Of a stretch of 64,000 nt of DNA, positions 26,967-36,062 are shown one piece after another. A model generated the notes under the pieces. The model saw only the letters and a list, made by a program, of their open reading frames with translations. It did not search any database and was not told where the DNA came from. A program made the translations under genes and the position numbers. The DNA is from an uncultured Chloroflexia bacterium (GTDB lineage Bacteria; Chloroflexota; Limnocylindria; Limnocylindrales; CSP1-4), in the NCBI GenBank assembly GCA_963713975.1, contig OY970218.1:537451-601450 (forward strand), in the 5' to 3' direction. Numbering within the stretch: the first letter of the stretch is position 1; each line of letters starts with the position of its first letter.

Positions 26967-27131
26967 GGTGTCCTCGTGCGAGGTGGGACCTCACCTGGGG
27001 TCACCCACCGGTGCGCTGGCCCGGTGTGAGTGGCCTCGTGCGGGACCGGATCGTCCATCATGCGCATAGAGGATCGCACACGGCGTTGGCACGCCGCGCG
27101 GCGGGCAGGACGGCCCTTGTCGATCCGCCTG

Positions 27132-27173
27132 TAGCGTTGCTGCAAGATACATCACTGTCATGCAGCAATGCTT
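27132..27173. promoter_or_regulatory. Copy 3 of the inverted repeat (TAGCGTTGCTGC-N18-GCAGCAATGCTT), in the rpiR/SIS divergent promoter region
   Basis: Each arm matches 11 of 12 positions and the AT-rich spacer is again 18 nt. It lies about 166 nt from the rpiR start and about 169 nt from the SIS gene start. Confidence 0.65.
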
Positions 27174-27341
27174 GACACTTGACGGTATCGTGGCTCTCAT
27201 CCGCGTGAAGTCGCGGCTCGAGGGTCCACTCGACATGATTCTTTCGCTCCAGCGCCACTTCATCAGCGAGATGGTCGCGGGAAGCGTCAAGTGAGCGATG
27301 TTGGACCCCATCTCAGGACCCAGCAGCGAGGGGAAGCCCCC

Positions 27342-27992
27342 ATGAGGGACCCGATAGACGATCTCATCGACCGGATCCCTGTCCTGGCCGCGTGCAGGGC
27401 CGATGTGGCCGCCGCCACAGACGCCATGGCGACCAGCATTGCGGGCGGCGGGAAGCTCCTGGTCTGTGGCAACGGAGGCAGCGCGGCCGACAGCGAGCAC
27501 CTCGTGGCCGACCTGATGAAGTCCTTCGTGGTCGCGCGCCCCATCCCCAGAGAGGACCGTGACCGACTCCTCGAGCTCGGCGGGCCTGAGGCTCCGGGCC
27601 TCGCCGACCTGCTGCAAGGCGCGCTGCCTGCGATGGCGCTCTCGTCCAATGGCGCCTTCATGACGGCGATGGCTAACGACGTCGCCAATGACATGGCTTT
27701 CGCCCAGCAGGTCTATGGCCTGGGTTGTCCAGGTGATGTCCTCGTCGCCATCAGCACCACGGGAACCTCACCGAGCGTCGTCCTCGCGGCACGCGTCGCG
27801 CGGCTTCGACGGATGCCGGTAATCGTGCTTACTGGCCGCGACGGGGGCGACCTCGTCGGTGTCGCCGATGTCGCGATTCGGGTCCCGGCGGATCGTGTCT
27901 ACGAGATCCAGGAGCTGCACCTGCCCGTCTATCACGCCGTTGCGCTTGCCCTTGAGCAGCGGTTCTTCGGTCTGGTGCCAGCGGACCGATGA
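27342..27992 (+). CDS. SIS-domain protein, GmhA (phosphoheptose isomerase)-like
   Basis: Contains GGKLLVCGNGGSAADSEHLVADL, MANDVANDMAFAQQV, GDVLVAISTTGTSPSV and EIQELHL. The Shine-Dalgarno GAGGGGAA precedes the ATG at 27342. Confidence 0.85.
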   Translation: MRDPIDDLIDRIPVLAACRADVAAATDAMATSIAGGGKLLVCGNGGSAADSEHLVADLMKSFVVARPIPREDRDRLLELGGPEAPGLADLLQGALPAMALSSNGAFMTAMANDVANDMAFAQQVYGLGCPGDVLVAISTTGTSPSVVLAARVARLRRMPVIVLTGRDGGDLVGVADVAIRVPADRVYEIQELHLPVYHAVALALEQRFFGLVPADR

Positions 27993-29125
27993 CATCACCC
28001 GATGCGGGCCGCCCTGCCTCCTCCGATGAGGTTGTCAGGCGCCGTCGTTCGGGGTCTCCAGCGTCGCTTGCTTCTCCGGCGACGGCCCCCCGCTCGGTCA
28101 CAGACCGAGCGGGGGGCATGGAGGCCCTCCGCGTCACACGAGCTGCGACCCCGTCACCGGCGGGCGGTCCGGGGCGTGCGGTGCGTGCCGGCGTCCTGAT
28201 CTGGTCGCAGTCCACCTCGTGGCCAGCACTGATGCGGGCAGGCAGCACTGCCGATGGACTTGGTTACGACGACATCTGGTCGTGGGACCACTTGGTCCCG
28301 ATCAAGGGCGACCGGGACGGGCGGATCTTCGAGGGCTCCATGACGCTGGCGGGATGGGCCGCAGCCACCCGCCAGGCCAGACTCGGCTCCATGGTCGCTG
28401 CGAACACCTTCCGCAGCCCGACGTTGGCGGTCAAGATGGTGACCGCCCTCGACCACATGACTGACGGGCGGGCGGTCCTCGGGCTGGGAGCAGGCTGGTT
28501 TGAGTCGGAGCACGCGGCGTTCGGGTTCCCGTTCGGGGCGAGCGCAGGCGAGCGGCTGGACTGGCTCGACGAGGCGGCGGCACTGGTCCGCGCGATGCTG
28601 GACGGTGAGGCCGCCTCTGCCCGGGGACCGCACTACACGGCATCGTCAGTCCGCAATCGCCCATCAGGCTTGCAGGCGCGGATCCCGCTGCTCATCGGTG
28701 GGGGCGGCGAGAAGAAGACGCTCGCCACCGTGGCCCGCTACGCAGACATCTGGAACATCGGTGACGACCTGGACGTGGCCCGCCACAAGGTCGCCGTCCT
28801 GGACCGCTGGTGTGCGGAGGTCGGCCGCGATCCGCTCGAGATCGAAAGGACGCTCGGCGTCGGGCCGCTCGTGATCCGGGACACCGCGCGGCAGGGGCGC
28901 ACGTGCATTGACGCCCTCCGTCGGCATAACCCCGGCTGGACCGAGCCCATCGAGGCGATGGGCGCCAGCGCCGTGATCGACCGACTGGCGCCCTATCTCG
29001 AACTCGGGTTCCGCTCGTTCCACATCGACCTCCCTGCGCCCTTCGACATCGAGACGCTGGCGAGGTTCGTGGCCGAAGTCCGACCGGCCCTCGCGCGGGC
29101 CGCGCGGGATCTCCCTCGGGCGTGA
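27989..29125 (+). CDS. LLM-class F420-dependent oxidoreductase
   Basis: The core reads GYDDIWSWDHL...ANTFRSPTLAVKMVTALDHMTDGRAVLGLGAGWFESEH. The ATG at 27989 overlaps the SIS gene stop (ATGA). The conserved core begins near the GTG at 28181, so the true start is uncertain. Confidence 0.85.
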   Translation: MTSPDAGRPASSDEVVRRRRSGSPASLASPATAPRSVTDRAGGMEALRVTRAATPSPAGGPGRAVRAGVLIWSQSTSWPALMRAGSTADGLGYDDIWSWDHLVPIKGDRDGRIFEGSMTLAGWAAATRQARLGSMVAANTFRSPTLAVKMVTALDHMTDGRAVLGLGAGWFESEHAAFGFPFGASAGERLDWLDEAAALVRAMLDGEAASARGPHYTASSVRNRPSGLQARIPLLIGGGGEKKTLATVARYADIWNIGDDLDVARHKVAVLDRWCAEVGRDPLEIERTLGVGPLVIRDTARQGRTCIDALRRHNPGWTEPIEAMGASAVIDRLAPYLELGFRSFHIDLPAPFDIETLARFVAEVRPALARAARDLPRA

Positions 29126-29317
29126 CCGTCCTGCGAACCCGGCACATGGTGGGCGACGCCCACCTCGGGCGGCACCGCGTGCGCCTGCTCAGTCCCGGGC
29201 AGGCCACCCAGCGACTCGGTCGAGCCCGCCAATGGCAGGTCGCCTCAGAGCGACGGCCCGAGGACGATTTGCGCGGCCCGTGCGTTCGTCCAGATCGCAG
29301 CGTCGGGTCCCCAACCG

Positions 29318-29515
29318 TCACGGCGCGGCGCCGTGCCAGCGCCACTCGCCGGCCGGGGTGTGCACGGTGTCGCCCGCACGGATCTCGACGCCCTCGCCGC
29401 CACGCGTCTGGATCCGACCGATCCCCTCGGTGACGTGCGCGGTCTGCCCGACGGCATGGTTGTCGACCGCAAGGATGGTTGATCCACCGAGACGGTGCCT
29501 GCGATTCCGACGCAG
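29318..29515 (-). pseudogene. Probable remnant of a small cupin gene (no start codon)
   Basis: Hand translation gives ..HRLGGSTILAVDNHAVGQTAHVTEGIGRIQTRGGEGVEIRAGDTVHTPAGEWRWHGAAP*. This matches the cupin pattern GQ..V.EG.G..Q.....V.IR.GD.V..P.GE.HWHGA. The frame opens just after a stop, has no ATG/GTG/TTG, and ends earlier than full-length relatives. Confidence 0.3.
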
Positions 29516-29628
29516 TTATCGTCTCTGCGAGCGTTGTTGCGGACAGCCTCTGGCGCGGACCCGGCCGACATCGGCCGTGGTAGACTCCCGTTCGCTCAGC
29601 AGGCAGCTCTGACAGAGCACGAAACCGT

Positions 29629-29704
29629 GGGGCTATAGCTCAGCTGGGAGAGCGTCTGAATGGCATTCAGAAGGTCAAGGGTTCGAATCCCTTTAGCTCC
29701 ACCA
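29629..29704 (+). tRNA. tRNA-Ala (anticodon GGC), CCA encoded
   Basis: 76 nt. Acceptor GGGGCTA/TAGCTCC with G3:U70, anticodon loop ATGGCAT, T-loop GGTTCGAATCC. Confidence 0.95.
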
Positions 29705-29730
29705 ACACCCCGCTAGCGCCGACAACCTGA

Positions 29731-29763
29731 CCCCTCGCCGGGACCGGCGGGGGGTTCGTTTCA
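29731..29763 (+). terminator. Intrinsic terminator after tRNA-Ala(GGC)
   Basis: GC-rich hairpin CCCCTCGCCGG..CCGGCGGGGGG followed by TTCGTTTCA. It ends about 21 nt before the leuS GTG. Confidence 0.6.
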
Positions 29764-29783
29764 TTCCGAATTGGGACGGGACC

Positions 29784-32465
29784 GTGACGACGACAGGCGA
29801 CACCGAAAGCAGCGGCCAGGGCAACGGCCACGGGGGGCGCTCCCGCATCGAGCGCTACGAGCCCGCGGCCATCGAGCCCAGGTGGCAGCAGCGCTGGGAC
29901 GACCTCCGCCTCTACGAGACCGATCTCGACGACCGGTCGAGGCCCCGCTACTACCTGCTGACGATGTACGACTACCCCTCGGGGTCACTCCACATCGGTC
30001 ACTGGTACGTGAAGACGCCGACGGACGCGATCGGCCGCTACCGGCGGATGCACGGCGACAACGTGTTCCTGCCGGTCGGCTTCGATGCGTTCGGGCTGCC
30101 AGCCGAGAACGCCGCCATCAAGAACAACATCAACCCGCGCGACTGGACGATGGCCAACATCGAGAAGATGCGCCGCCAGCTGCGGACGATGGGCGCGTCG
30201 TTCGACTGGACCGCCGAGGTCGTCACCTGCGATCCCGAGTACTACCGCTGGAACCAGTGGTTGTTCCTCAAGCTCATGGAGAAGGGCCTGGCATACCGCT
30301 CCGTCTCGGCCGTGGACTGGTGCCCCAACGACGGGACGCTCGCACGCGAACAGGTCGAGGGCACGGATCGCCGCTGCTGGCGCTGCGGCGCGCAGGTCGA
30401 GAAGCGCGAGCTGCCCCAGTGGTACCTGGGCATCACCAACTACGCGGACGACCTGCTCGACTTCGGGGGCATCGACTGGCCGGATCCCGTCCGGATCATG
30501 CAGACGAATTGGATCGGGCGTTCGTCGGGCGCCGAGATCGTGTTCGAGACGGCCCCCTCGGCGCACCACGCCGGCGGCGAGGAGCTGCGGGTGTTCACCA
30601 CCCGGCCGGACACGCTGTTCGGCGCCACGTTCATGGTGCTCGCGCCCGAGCACGCCCTTGTCGCCGCGCTGACGGCACCCGACCGCAAGGCCGAGGTGGA
30701 CGCCTACGTGGCGCAGTCCGCCGCGAAGACGGAGATCGACCGTCTCTCGGCCGACCGGGAGAAGACCGGTGTCCCCATCGGCGCGGACGCCATCAACCCG
30801 GTCAACGGGGAGCGGATCCCGATCTTCATCGCGGACTACGTGCTGGGCTCCTACGGCACGGGCGCGATCATGGCCGTGCCCGCCCACGACGAGCGCGACT
30901 TCGCCTTCGCGCAGGCCTTCGGCCTGCCGATCGTGAGGGTCGTCATGCCCAAGGGCGCCGATCCCGACGCGCCGATGACCGAGGCGTTCGTCGACAAGGC
31001 GGCCGATCTCGCCCCGGCGGCGACGCCAGAGCACCACGGGATCCTGGGCGGCATCCTGGACGAGGTCGAGATGCTCGCCCGCGGGCGGACGGCAGCGGAC
31101 CAGATCGTGATGGTCAACTCGGGCGAGTTCACGGGGAAGCCGGCCGTCGATGCCTGGCACCAGATTGTGTCCTCGCTCGAAGAGCGCGGCAAGGGCCGCC
31201 AGGCGGTCACCTACCGGCTGCGCGACTGGCTGATCAGCCGCCAGCGCTACTGGGGCACGCCGATCCCGGTCATCCACTGCGAGCAGTGCGGCGCGGTCCC
31301 GGTCCCCGAGCAGGACCTGCCCGTCCTGCTGCCCGAGACCGTGGACTACAAGGGCTCCGGTGACAACCCGCTCAACCGCGACGAGACCTTCCTCAACGTC
31401 GCCTGTCCGGAGTGCGGTGCCGCGGCGCGGCGCGAGACGGACACGATGGACACGTTCATCGACTCGTCCTGGTACTGGTTCCGGTACCTGTCGCCCCACA
31501 ACGCGGACGGGCCGGTCGACATCGACCGGGTCAAGGACTGGACACCCGTGGACCAGTACACGGGTGGCGCCGAGCATGCGGTGATGCACCTGCTGTACAG
31601 CCGGTTCTTCACCAAGGCGATGCAGGACCTGGGGCTGGTCCACGAGCCCGAGCCGTTCCTCCGGCTGTTCAACCAGGGCCAGATCCTGGGCGCCGACGGC
31701 GAGCGCATGAGCAAGAGCCGCGGCAACGTCCAGGACCCCGACGAGCTGGTCGCACGCTACGGGGCGGACGCCGTCCGGCTGTTCCTGATGTTCATGGGCC
31801 CCTGGGACCAGGGCGGCCCGTGGAGCCCAACCGGCATCGGCGGAGTGGGCAAGTTCCTCAACCGCGTCTGGGCGATCGCGATCGACCCGCACGGTCGCGA
31901 GCAGGGCGACCCCTCCGGCGGCGCCCTGCCGGAGGGCGAGACCGAGGAGGTCGCGCGCCACCGGATGCACGCCATGGCGCACCGCACGCTGCGGGACGTG
32001 ACCGACGACTACGAGGACTTCCGCTGGAACACGATGGTCGCGAAGCTCATGGAGCTGAGCAACGTGCTGTCCCGCTACCGGGGCACCCCCGCGGCGGGCC
32101 TGCCGGAGTGGGACGAGGCGGTCGGGCTGCTGCTGCTGATGCTCGCCCCCGCGGCGCCGCACATCACCGAAGAGCTGTGGGCCCGGCGGCTCGAGGCTCG
32201 GGGCGAGGCGTGGGAGTCGATCCACGTCCAGCACTGGCCAGCCCTGGACGAGCGGGCCCTCGCGGAGGCGACCCGCGAGGTGCCGATCCAGGTCAACGGC
32301 AAGCTCCGCGACAAGGTCACCGTCCCCACCGACACCTCCGAGCGGAAGCTCGAGATGATCGTGCTGGAGCGGGAAAAGGTCGTGGCCGCGATGGGTGGCC
32401 GCAGGCCCGCCCGGATCATCCACGCGGGCGGAGGCAGGCTCGTCAACATCGTCCTGAAGGACTAG
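29784..32465 (+). CDS. leuS: Leucine--tRNA ligase
   Basis: 893 aa. Contains HIGH-type HIGHWY, KMSKS (KMSKSRGN), a CP1 editing domain and the zinc-knuckle cysteines CWRCG/CPECG. Confidence 0.97.
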   Translation: MTTTGDTESSGQGNGHGGRSRIERYEPAAIEPRWQQRWDDLRLYETDLDDRSRPRYYLLTMYDYPSGSLHIGHWYVKTPTDAIGRYRRMHGDNVFLPVGFDAFGLPAENAAIKNNINPRDWTMANIEKMRRQLRTMGASFDWTAEVVTCDPEYYRWNQWLFLKLMEKGLAYRSVSAVDWCPNDGTLAREQVEGTDRRCWRCGAQVEKRELPQWYLGITNYADDLLDFGGIDWPDPVRIMQTNWIGRSSGAEIVFETAPSAHHAGGEELRVFTTRPDTLFGATFMVLAPEHALVAALTAPDRKAEVDAYVAQSAAKTEIDRLSADREKTGVPIGADAINPVNGERIPIFIADYVLGSYGTGAIMAVPAHDERDFAFAQAFGLPIVRVVMPKGADPDAPMTEAFVDKAADLAPAATPEHHGILGGILDEVEMLARGRTAADQIVMVNSGEFTGKPAVDAWHQIVSSLEERGKGRQAVTYRLRDWLISRQRYWGTPIPVIHCEQCGAVPVPEQDLPVLLPETVDYKGSGDNPLNRDETFLNVACPECGAAARRETDTMDTFIDSSWYWFRYLSPHNADGPVDIDRVKDWTPVDQYTGGAEHAVMHLLYSRFFTKAMQDLGLVHEPEPFLRLFNQGQILGADGERMSKSRGNVQDPDELVARYGADAVRLFLMFMGPWDQGGPWSPTGIGGVGKFLNRVWAIAIDPHGREQGDPSGGALPEGETEEVARHRMHAMAHRTLRDVTDDYEDFRWNTMVAKLMELSNVLSRYRGTPAAGLPEWDEAVGLLLLMLAPAAPHITEELWARRLEARGEAWESIHVQHWPALDERALAEATREVPIQVNGKLRDKVTVPTDTSERKLEMIVLEREKVVAAMGGRRPARIIHAGGGRLVNIVLKD

Positions 32466-32492
32466 CGCCCCGCCCGCTGCCGAACGCGCAAA

Positions 32493-32523
32493 CGCGGCGC
32501 CCCGGTCCCCCGGAAGCGCCGCG
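32493..32523. terminator. GC-rich hairpin between the convergent leuS and META-lipoprotein genes (candidate bidirectional terminator)
   Basis: CGCGGCGC-N15-GCGCCGCG with an inner CCGG/CCGG pairing. The U-tract is weak. Confidence 0.45.
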
Positions 32524-32565
32524 TCGTGGCGTGTGGTCGACCGCTCGAGGCGGTCCCCGCAAAGG

Positions 32566-33027
32566 CTACTTCGCGGCGGTGAAGGCCAGCGTGCCCTCGT
32601 CCGCGAGCGTCAGCGTGAGCTGGTCGCCGTCGACCTTGTAGCTCTTCGTCGCTGCCAGGCCGGCCAGGTACTGGTCCGCCATGGAGCCCTCCGGGCAGGC
32701 CATCATCGTCGACGCCCCGAGCGTGATCGTCATGCCCCCGTCAGAGGCCGTCGTGTATGTCCCGGTGACCGCGTTGCAGTCGGCCTGGATGGTCGCCGAG
32801 CCATCCTCCTGGAAGGTGATCGCGTAGCTGGGCTGCTGGTCGGCCGGGACGACACCCTGGAACGCGGGCACCTTCTCCGTGATCGCGGTGAGCTGCCAGG
32901 TCTTGCCCGTCAAGCCCCCGGATCCCGAGCATGCGGCGACGAGGATCGCGATGGCGGCGACGGCAAGGCCGATGGCGGCGACGGACCGGCGGCGGCGCGA
33001 CGGACTGGCGGTCGAGGTCTGGGTCAT
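32566..33027 (-). CDS. META-domain (HslJ-like) lipoprotein
   Basis: The start MTQTSTASPSRRRRSVAAIGLAVAAIAILVAACSGS has twin-Arg-like residues and a lipobox. GKTWQLTAI...IQADCN...T.A.C is typical of the META domain. Confidence 0.8.
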   Translation of the reverse strand: MTQTSTASPSRRRRSVAAIGLAVAAIAILVAACSGSGGLTGKTWQLTAITEKVPAFQGVVPADQQPSYAITFQEDGSATIQADCNAVTGTYTTASDGGMTITLGASTMMACPEGSMADQYLAGLAATKSYKVDGDQLTLTLADEGTLAFTAAK

Positions 33028-33214
33028 GCGGTGGTGTCCTCCGATGTCGAACGGGCACGATGCCCCCTGCCCGGCAGCGCCGGAGCAGGGCGAGGATACC
33101 CGCTCTGCACGACTCGGGCATCGCCCAACGCGGACGAAGCTGCACCGGCCCAGCTCGGCGTTCACCGGTACCCTGACGGTGGCGACCCCACCCGCCCATC
33201 ACGGAGACTGTCCC

Positions 33215-34153
33215 ATGGCCCAGGTCAAGATCGGCGCCCTCTGCTGGAACCAGTACACCGATTGGCAGAGTCTGCTCCAGGCTGGCATCCGCGCGGACGA
33301 GCTGGGCTACGACACGCTGTGGACGTGGGACCACGTGTATCCGATCGTGGGTGATTCCACGGGGCCCAACTACGAGGGCTGGCTGACGCTGGCCGCCTGG
33401 GCCCAGGCGACGAAGCAGGTGCACATCGGCCTGATGGTCGGCGCCAACACGTTCCGCGCGCCCACGCTCACGGCGAAGCTGGCGACCACGCTCGACCACA
33501 TCAGCAACGGCCGCGCCATCCTGGGCATCGGCGGAGCATGGTTCGAGGAGGAGCACGAGGACTTCGGGCTCGACTTCGGGTCCGGCTTCCCGGAGCGCCT
33601 CCGCTGGCTGGGCGAGGCGCTGCCGATCATGCGCGGCATGCTGGATGGCACCGAGCCGACGGCGGCGGGCGATCACTACCACAGCAAGGACACCCGCAAC
33701 CTGCCGGGGCCCATCCAGGCCCACCTGCCGATCTGCATCGGCGGTGGCGGCGAGAAGGTCACGCTCAAGCTGGTCGCGAAGTACGGCGACATGAACAACG
33801 TCGGCGGCGGTGTGGCCGGTGTCCGCCACAAGGAGGAGGTCCTGCTCCAGCACTGCGAGACCGTGGGCCGCGACCCGTCCGAGATCGAGCGGACCAGCAA
33901 CATCGGTGCCCTCTTCATCCGCGACGACCGGGCCGAGGCAGAGCGACTGTTCCACGCGGCGTTCGACCGCAACCGCGTCGCCCGACACTGGGACGAGCAG
34001 CCGGTCGGAACCCCGGAGGATGTGGCCGAGATGCTGGCACCCATGGTGGAACTCGGCTACCGGCACCTGGTGGCCGGGTTCCCCTCCACCTACGATGAGG
34101 AGTCGATGACCCGGTTCGCCACCGAGGTCCGGCCGCTGCTCGAGAAGGGCTAG
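33215..34153 (+). CDS. LLM-class F420-dependent oxidoreductase (paralog of 27989..29125)
   Basis: Reads MAQVKIGALCWNQ...GYDTLWTWDHV...ANTFRAPTLTAKLATTLDHISNGRAILGIGGAWFEEEH. By eye it is about 50% identical to the other copy. Confidence 0.9.
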   Translation: MAQVKIGALCWNQYTDWQSLLQAGIRADELGYDTLWTWDHVYPIVGDSTGPNYEGWLTLAAWAQATKQVHIGLMVGANTFRAPTLTAKLATTLDHISNGRAILGIGGAWFEEEHEDFGLDFGSGFPERLRWLGEALPIMRGMLDGTEPTAAGDHYHSKDTRNLPGPIQAHLPICIGGGGEKVTLKLVAKYGDMNNVGGGVAGVRHKEEVLLQHCETVGRDPSEIERTSNIGALFIRDDRAEAERLFHAAFDRNRVARHWDEQPVGTPEDVAEMLAPMVELGYRHLVAGFPSTYDEESMTRFATEVRPLLEKG

Positions 34154-34157
34154 CGGG

Positions 34158-34799
34158 CTAGGTCTCGCCGGAGGGAGACGCCGGTTCCGCGGCCTTCGGG
34201 TCGCGGGCCTTCGAGCGGAAGCGCTGCGCCTTCGCGCGGTTGCCGCACGTGGTCATGTCGCACCATCGCCGGCGACCCGCTCGTGACGTGTCCTCGAACA
34301 CCCAGCGGCAGCCGTCATTGGCGCAGATCCTGAGGCGATCGGTCGCGCCCGACGCGATCACATCGACGAGCGGCGACGCGAGACGCGCCAGCGCCTCGCC
34401 GGTGGGGTCGTCGGTCGAGTGGCGGTGGGCCACCTCGATCCCGTTGGGGCCCGGCCGCAGCTCGGTCCGCGGGCCTCCATCGAGGAGCGCGTTGAGGGTG
34501 GCGAGCGCCTCGACCGCGGGCGCGCGGCCCTCGACCTGCGCATCCCAGACCTCACGCAGCGCCTGGCGCGCATCGCGGACCCGCGTCAGCCACGGTGGAC
34601 CGTCCTGGTGAGCCTGGCGCACGAGATCCTGCTTGTGGGCGAGGCCACGGTCCGCCAGGAAGGCGACCGCGTCACGCGCGGTGACCAGGCTGTCATCGGG
34701 CCGTCCGTCGGTGAGCTCGACCGTGTTGATGAACTCGAGGCAGGCATCGAGCGGGGCGGCGTGGGCGTGGGTGGTGGTTGCGGGGGCATCGTTCGGCAT
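34158..34799 (-). CDS. CGNR zinc-finger protein (ABATE plus zf-CGNR domains)
   Basis: The C-terminus C.NDGCRWVFEDTSRAGRRRWCDMTTCGNRAKAQRFR is the CGNR signature. Confidence 0.9.
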   Translation of the reverse strand: MPNDAPATTTHAHAAPLDACLEFINTVELTDGRPDDSLVTARDAVAFLADRGLAHKQDLVRQAHQDGPPWLTRVRDARQALREVWDAQVEGRAPAVEALATLNALLDGGPRTELRPGPNGIEVAHRHSTDDPTGEALARLASPLVDVIASGATDRLRICANDGCRWVFEDTSRAGRRRWCDMTTCGNRAKAQRFRSKARDPKAAEPASPSGET

Positions 34800-34807
34800 C
34801 TGACGTC

Positions 34808-34887
34808 GTAACCACCATAAACCTGTTGACAGGTTACGTGCAAGCGGGGTATTCTTCGTAACCAGTTAGGTGAATTAGTCCGGTTAC
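34808..34887. promoter_or_regulatory. Divergent control region: sigma-70-type promoter TTGACA-18-TATTCT interleaved with two copies of GTAACC-N18-GGTTAC
   Basis: TTGACA lies at 34826..34831 and TATTCT at 34850..34855. Inverted repeat 1 is 34808..34813 / 34832..34837. Inverted repeat 2 is 34858..34863 / 34882..34887. Both have 18-nt spacers and the two are 50 bp apart. Confidence 0.6.
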
Positions 34888-34912
34888 TCCACCGGACACG
34901 AGGAGACCCCCG

Positions 34913-35035
34913 ATGGACGTCATGGCCATCACCCTGATCGTGCTCACGATCTTCGCGCTGATCGCCGCCGCGGCCGGCGTCGAGAGCCGGGACGCATTCG
35001 ACGGAACCGATTCCCGCGGCTCCACCGGCCGCTGA
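34913..35035 (+). CDS. 40-aa single-TM micro-protein (below the ORF-track size cut-off)
   Basis: The strong Shine-Dalgarno GAGGAGA lies 6 nt upstream of the ATG. Sequence: MDVMAITLIVLTIFALIAAAAGVESRDAFDGTDSRGSTGR. It is downstream of the promoter above. Confidence 0.55.
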   Translation: MDVMAITLIVLTIFALIAAAAGVESRDAFDGTDSRGSTGR

Positions 35036-35049
35036 CGGAGGACACGACG

Positions 35050-35340
35050 ATGTGGCAGATCCAGGCCCAGCTCGCCCACGACATCATTCGGGAGCGTCAG
35101 GCGGAGGCCGAGAAGCGCTCCGCGTGGCGGCGGGCCGAGGAGCTCGCCGCTGCAGAGCGGCTCGCCCACCCCGACCTTGTGCCTCCGCGTGCCGTTGCCG
35201 CACCCCGGCGTGCGCTTGCGGCGGCCCTGCGACGCCTGGCGGCAGGAGCAGGCTCGCTGGCCGGCACCGCTTGCTCGGCCGCATCCAGGGTCGAGGGGCG
35301 ACCGGTGGATGCGCGGCCGGCCGGAGGACCGGCGGCCTAG
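35050..35340 (+). CDS. 96-aa Arg/Ala-rich helical protein of unknown function
   Basis: The Shine-Dalgarno GGAGG lies 8 nt upstream. It starts MWQIQAQLAHDIIRERQAEAEKRSAWRRAEELAAAERLA, 14 nt after the micro-ORF stop. Confidence 0.55.
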   Translation: MWQIQAQLAHDIIRERQAEAEKRSAWRRAEELAAAERLAHPDLVPPRAVAAPRRALAAALRRLAAGAGSLAGTACSAASRVEGRPVDARPAGGPAA

Positions 35341-36062
35341 GACCCGGTTTGTGGATCTTCCAGCCCGGGGGCCCGCGGACCTGGAAGCGCGATGACGTCG
35401 GGCTCGACGTCCAGGTGGTCCTCGGCCAACCCCCTACCGGGGCGCAGCGCCAAGGGCCGCCTGATCGCGATCCGGACGGCCCGCCGGCGCGCTGCGGCCT
35501 CCCGTGCCGCGGAACCACTCTTCGTCGCGGCGCCCCGGGCCGCCGGGCCGACCTTCCCAATCACAACTCGCGCAGTCGGGGCCGCCTTCGACGCTGCCGC
35601 TGTTGCCACGGATGCCGCCTTCGCGGTCGCACGGCCGGCCCCCCGGGTGCCGGTGACCGCCAGACGGCTGCCTCCTCGAACGGCCTTGCCCGTCGTTCGC
35701 ACGCTGGCCCGGACGGTCCACGCCGTCGCGACGGCCATGGTGCGGAGATCCTCGGCCAGGTCGCCATCCGCCAGGCCGACCGCGTCGAGGTGCCGGCGAC
35801 GTCGCTCAGGGTCGAGCCCGGCCATCGCGAACTTGAGCGCCGCGATGGCGAAGGCGATGTCATCGAGCTGGCCCAGGACGGGGATCACGCCCGGCACGAG
35901 GTCGACGGGCGACACGAGGTAGCCCGCCGCGGCCACGACCGCGGCGCGACGAACGCGGCCGAGCATCGGGTCACGGCCGAGGCCCCACGCCAGACGTAGG
36001 TACGCCGGCATCCGCCGCAGGGTTGCGGTGGTGCGCGCGCGCGGGAACGGGTCGTCGGCCAT
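35337..36062 (-). CDS. DUF1232 (YkvA-family) membrane protein with a basic Ala-rich tail
   Basis: Contains the motif YLVSPVDLVPGVIPVLGQLDD. Confidence 0.8.
   Translation of the reverse strand: MADDPFPRARTTATLRRMPAYLRLAWGLGRDPMLGRVRRAAVVAAAGYLVSPVDLVPGVIPVLGQLDDIAFAIAALKFAMAGLDPERRRRHLDAVGLADGDLAEDLRTMAVATAWTVRASVRTTGKAVRGGSRLAVTGTRGAGRATAKAASVATAAASKAAPTARVVIGKVGPAARGAATKSGSAAREAAARRRAVRIAIRRPLALRPGRGLAEDHLDVEPDVIALPGPRAPGLEDPQTGS

Noticed and set aside
29704-29784. T-box leader upstream of leuS
   Set aside because: Only about 80 nt are available. There is no specifier-loop/T-box architecture, just a simple terminator hairpin.
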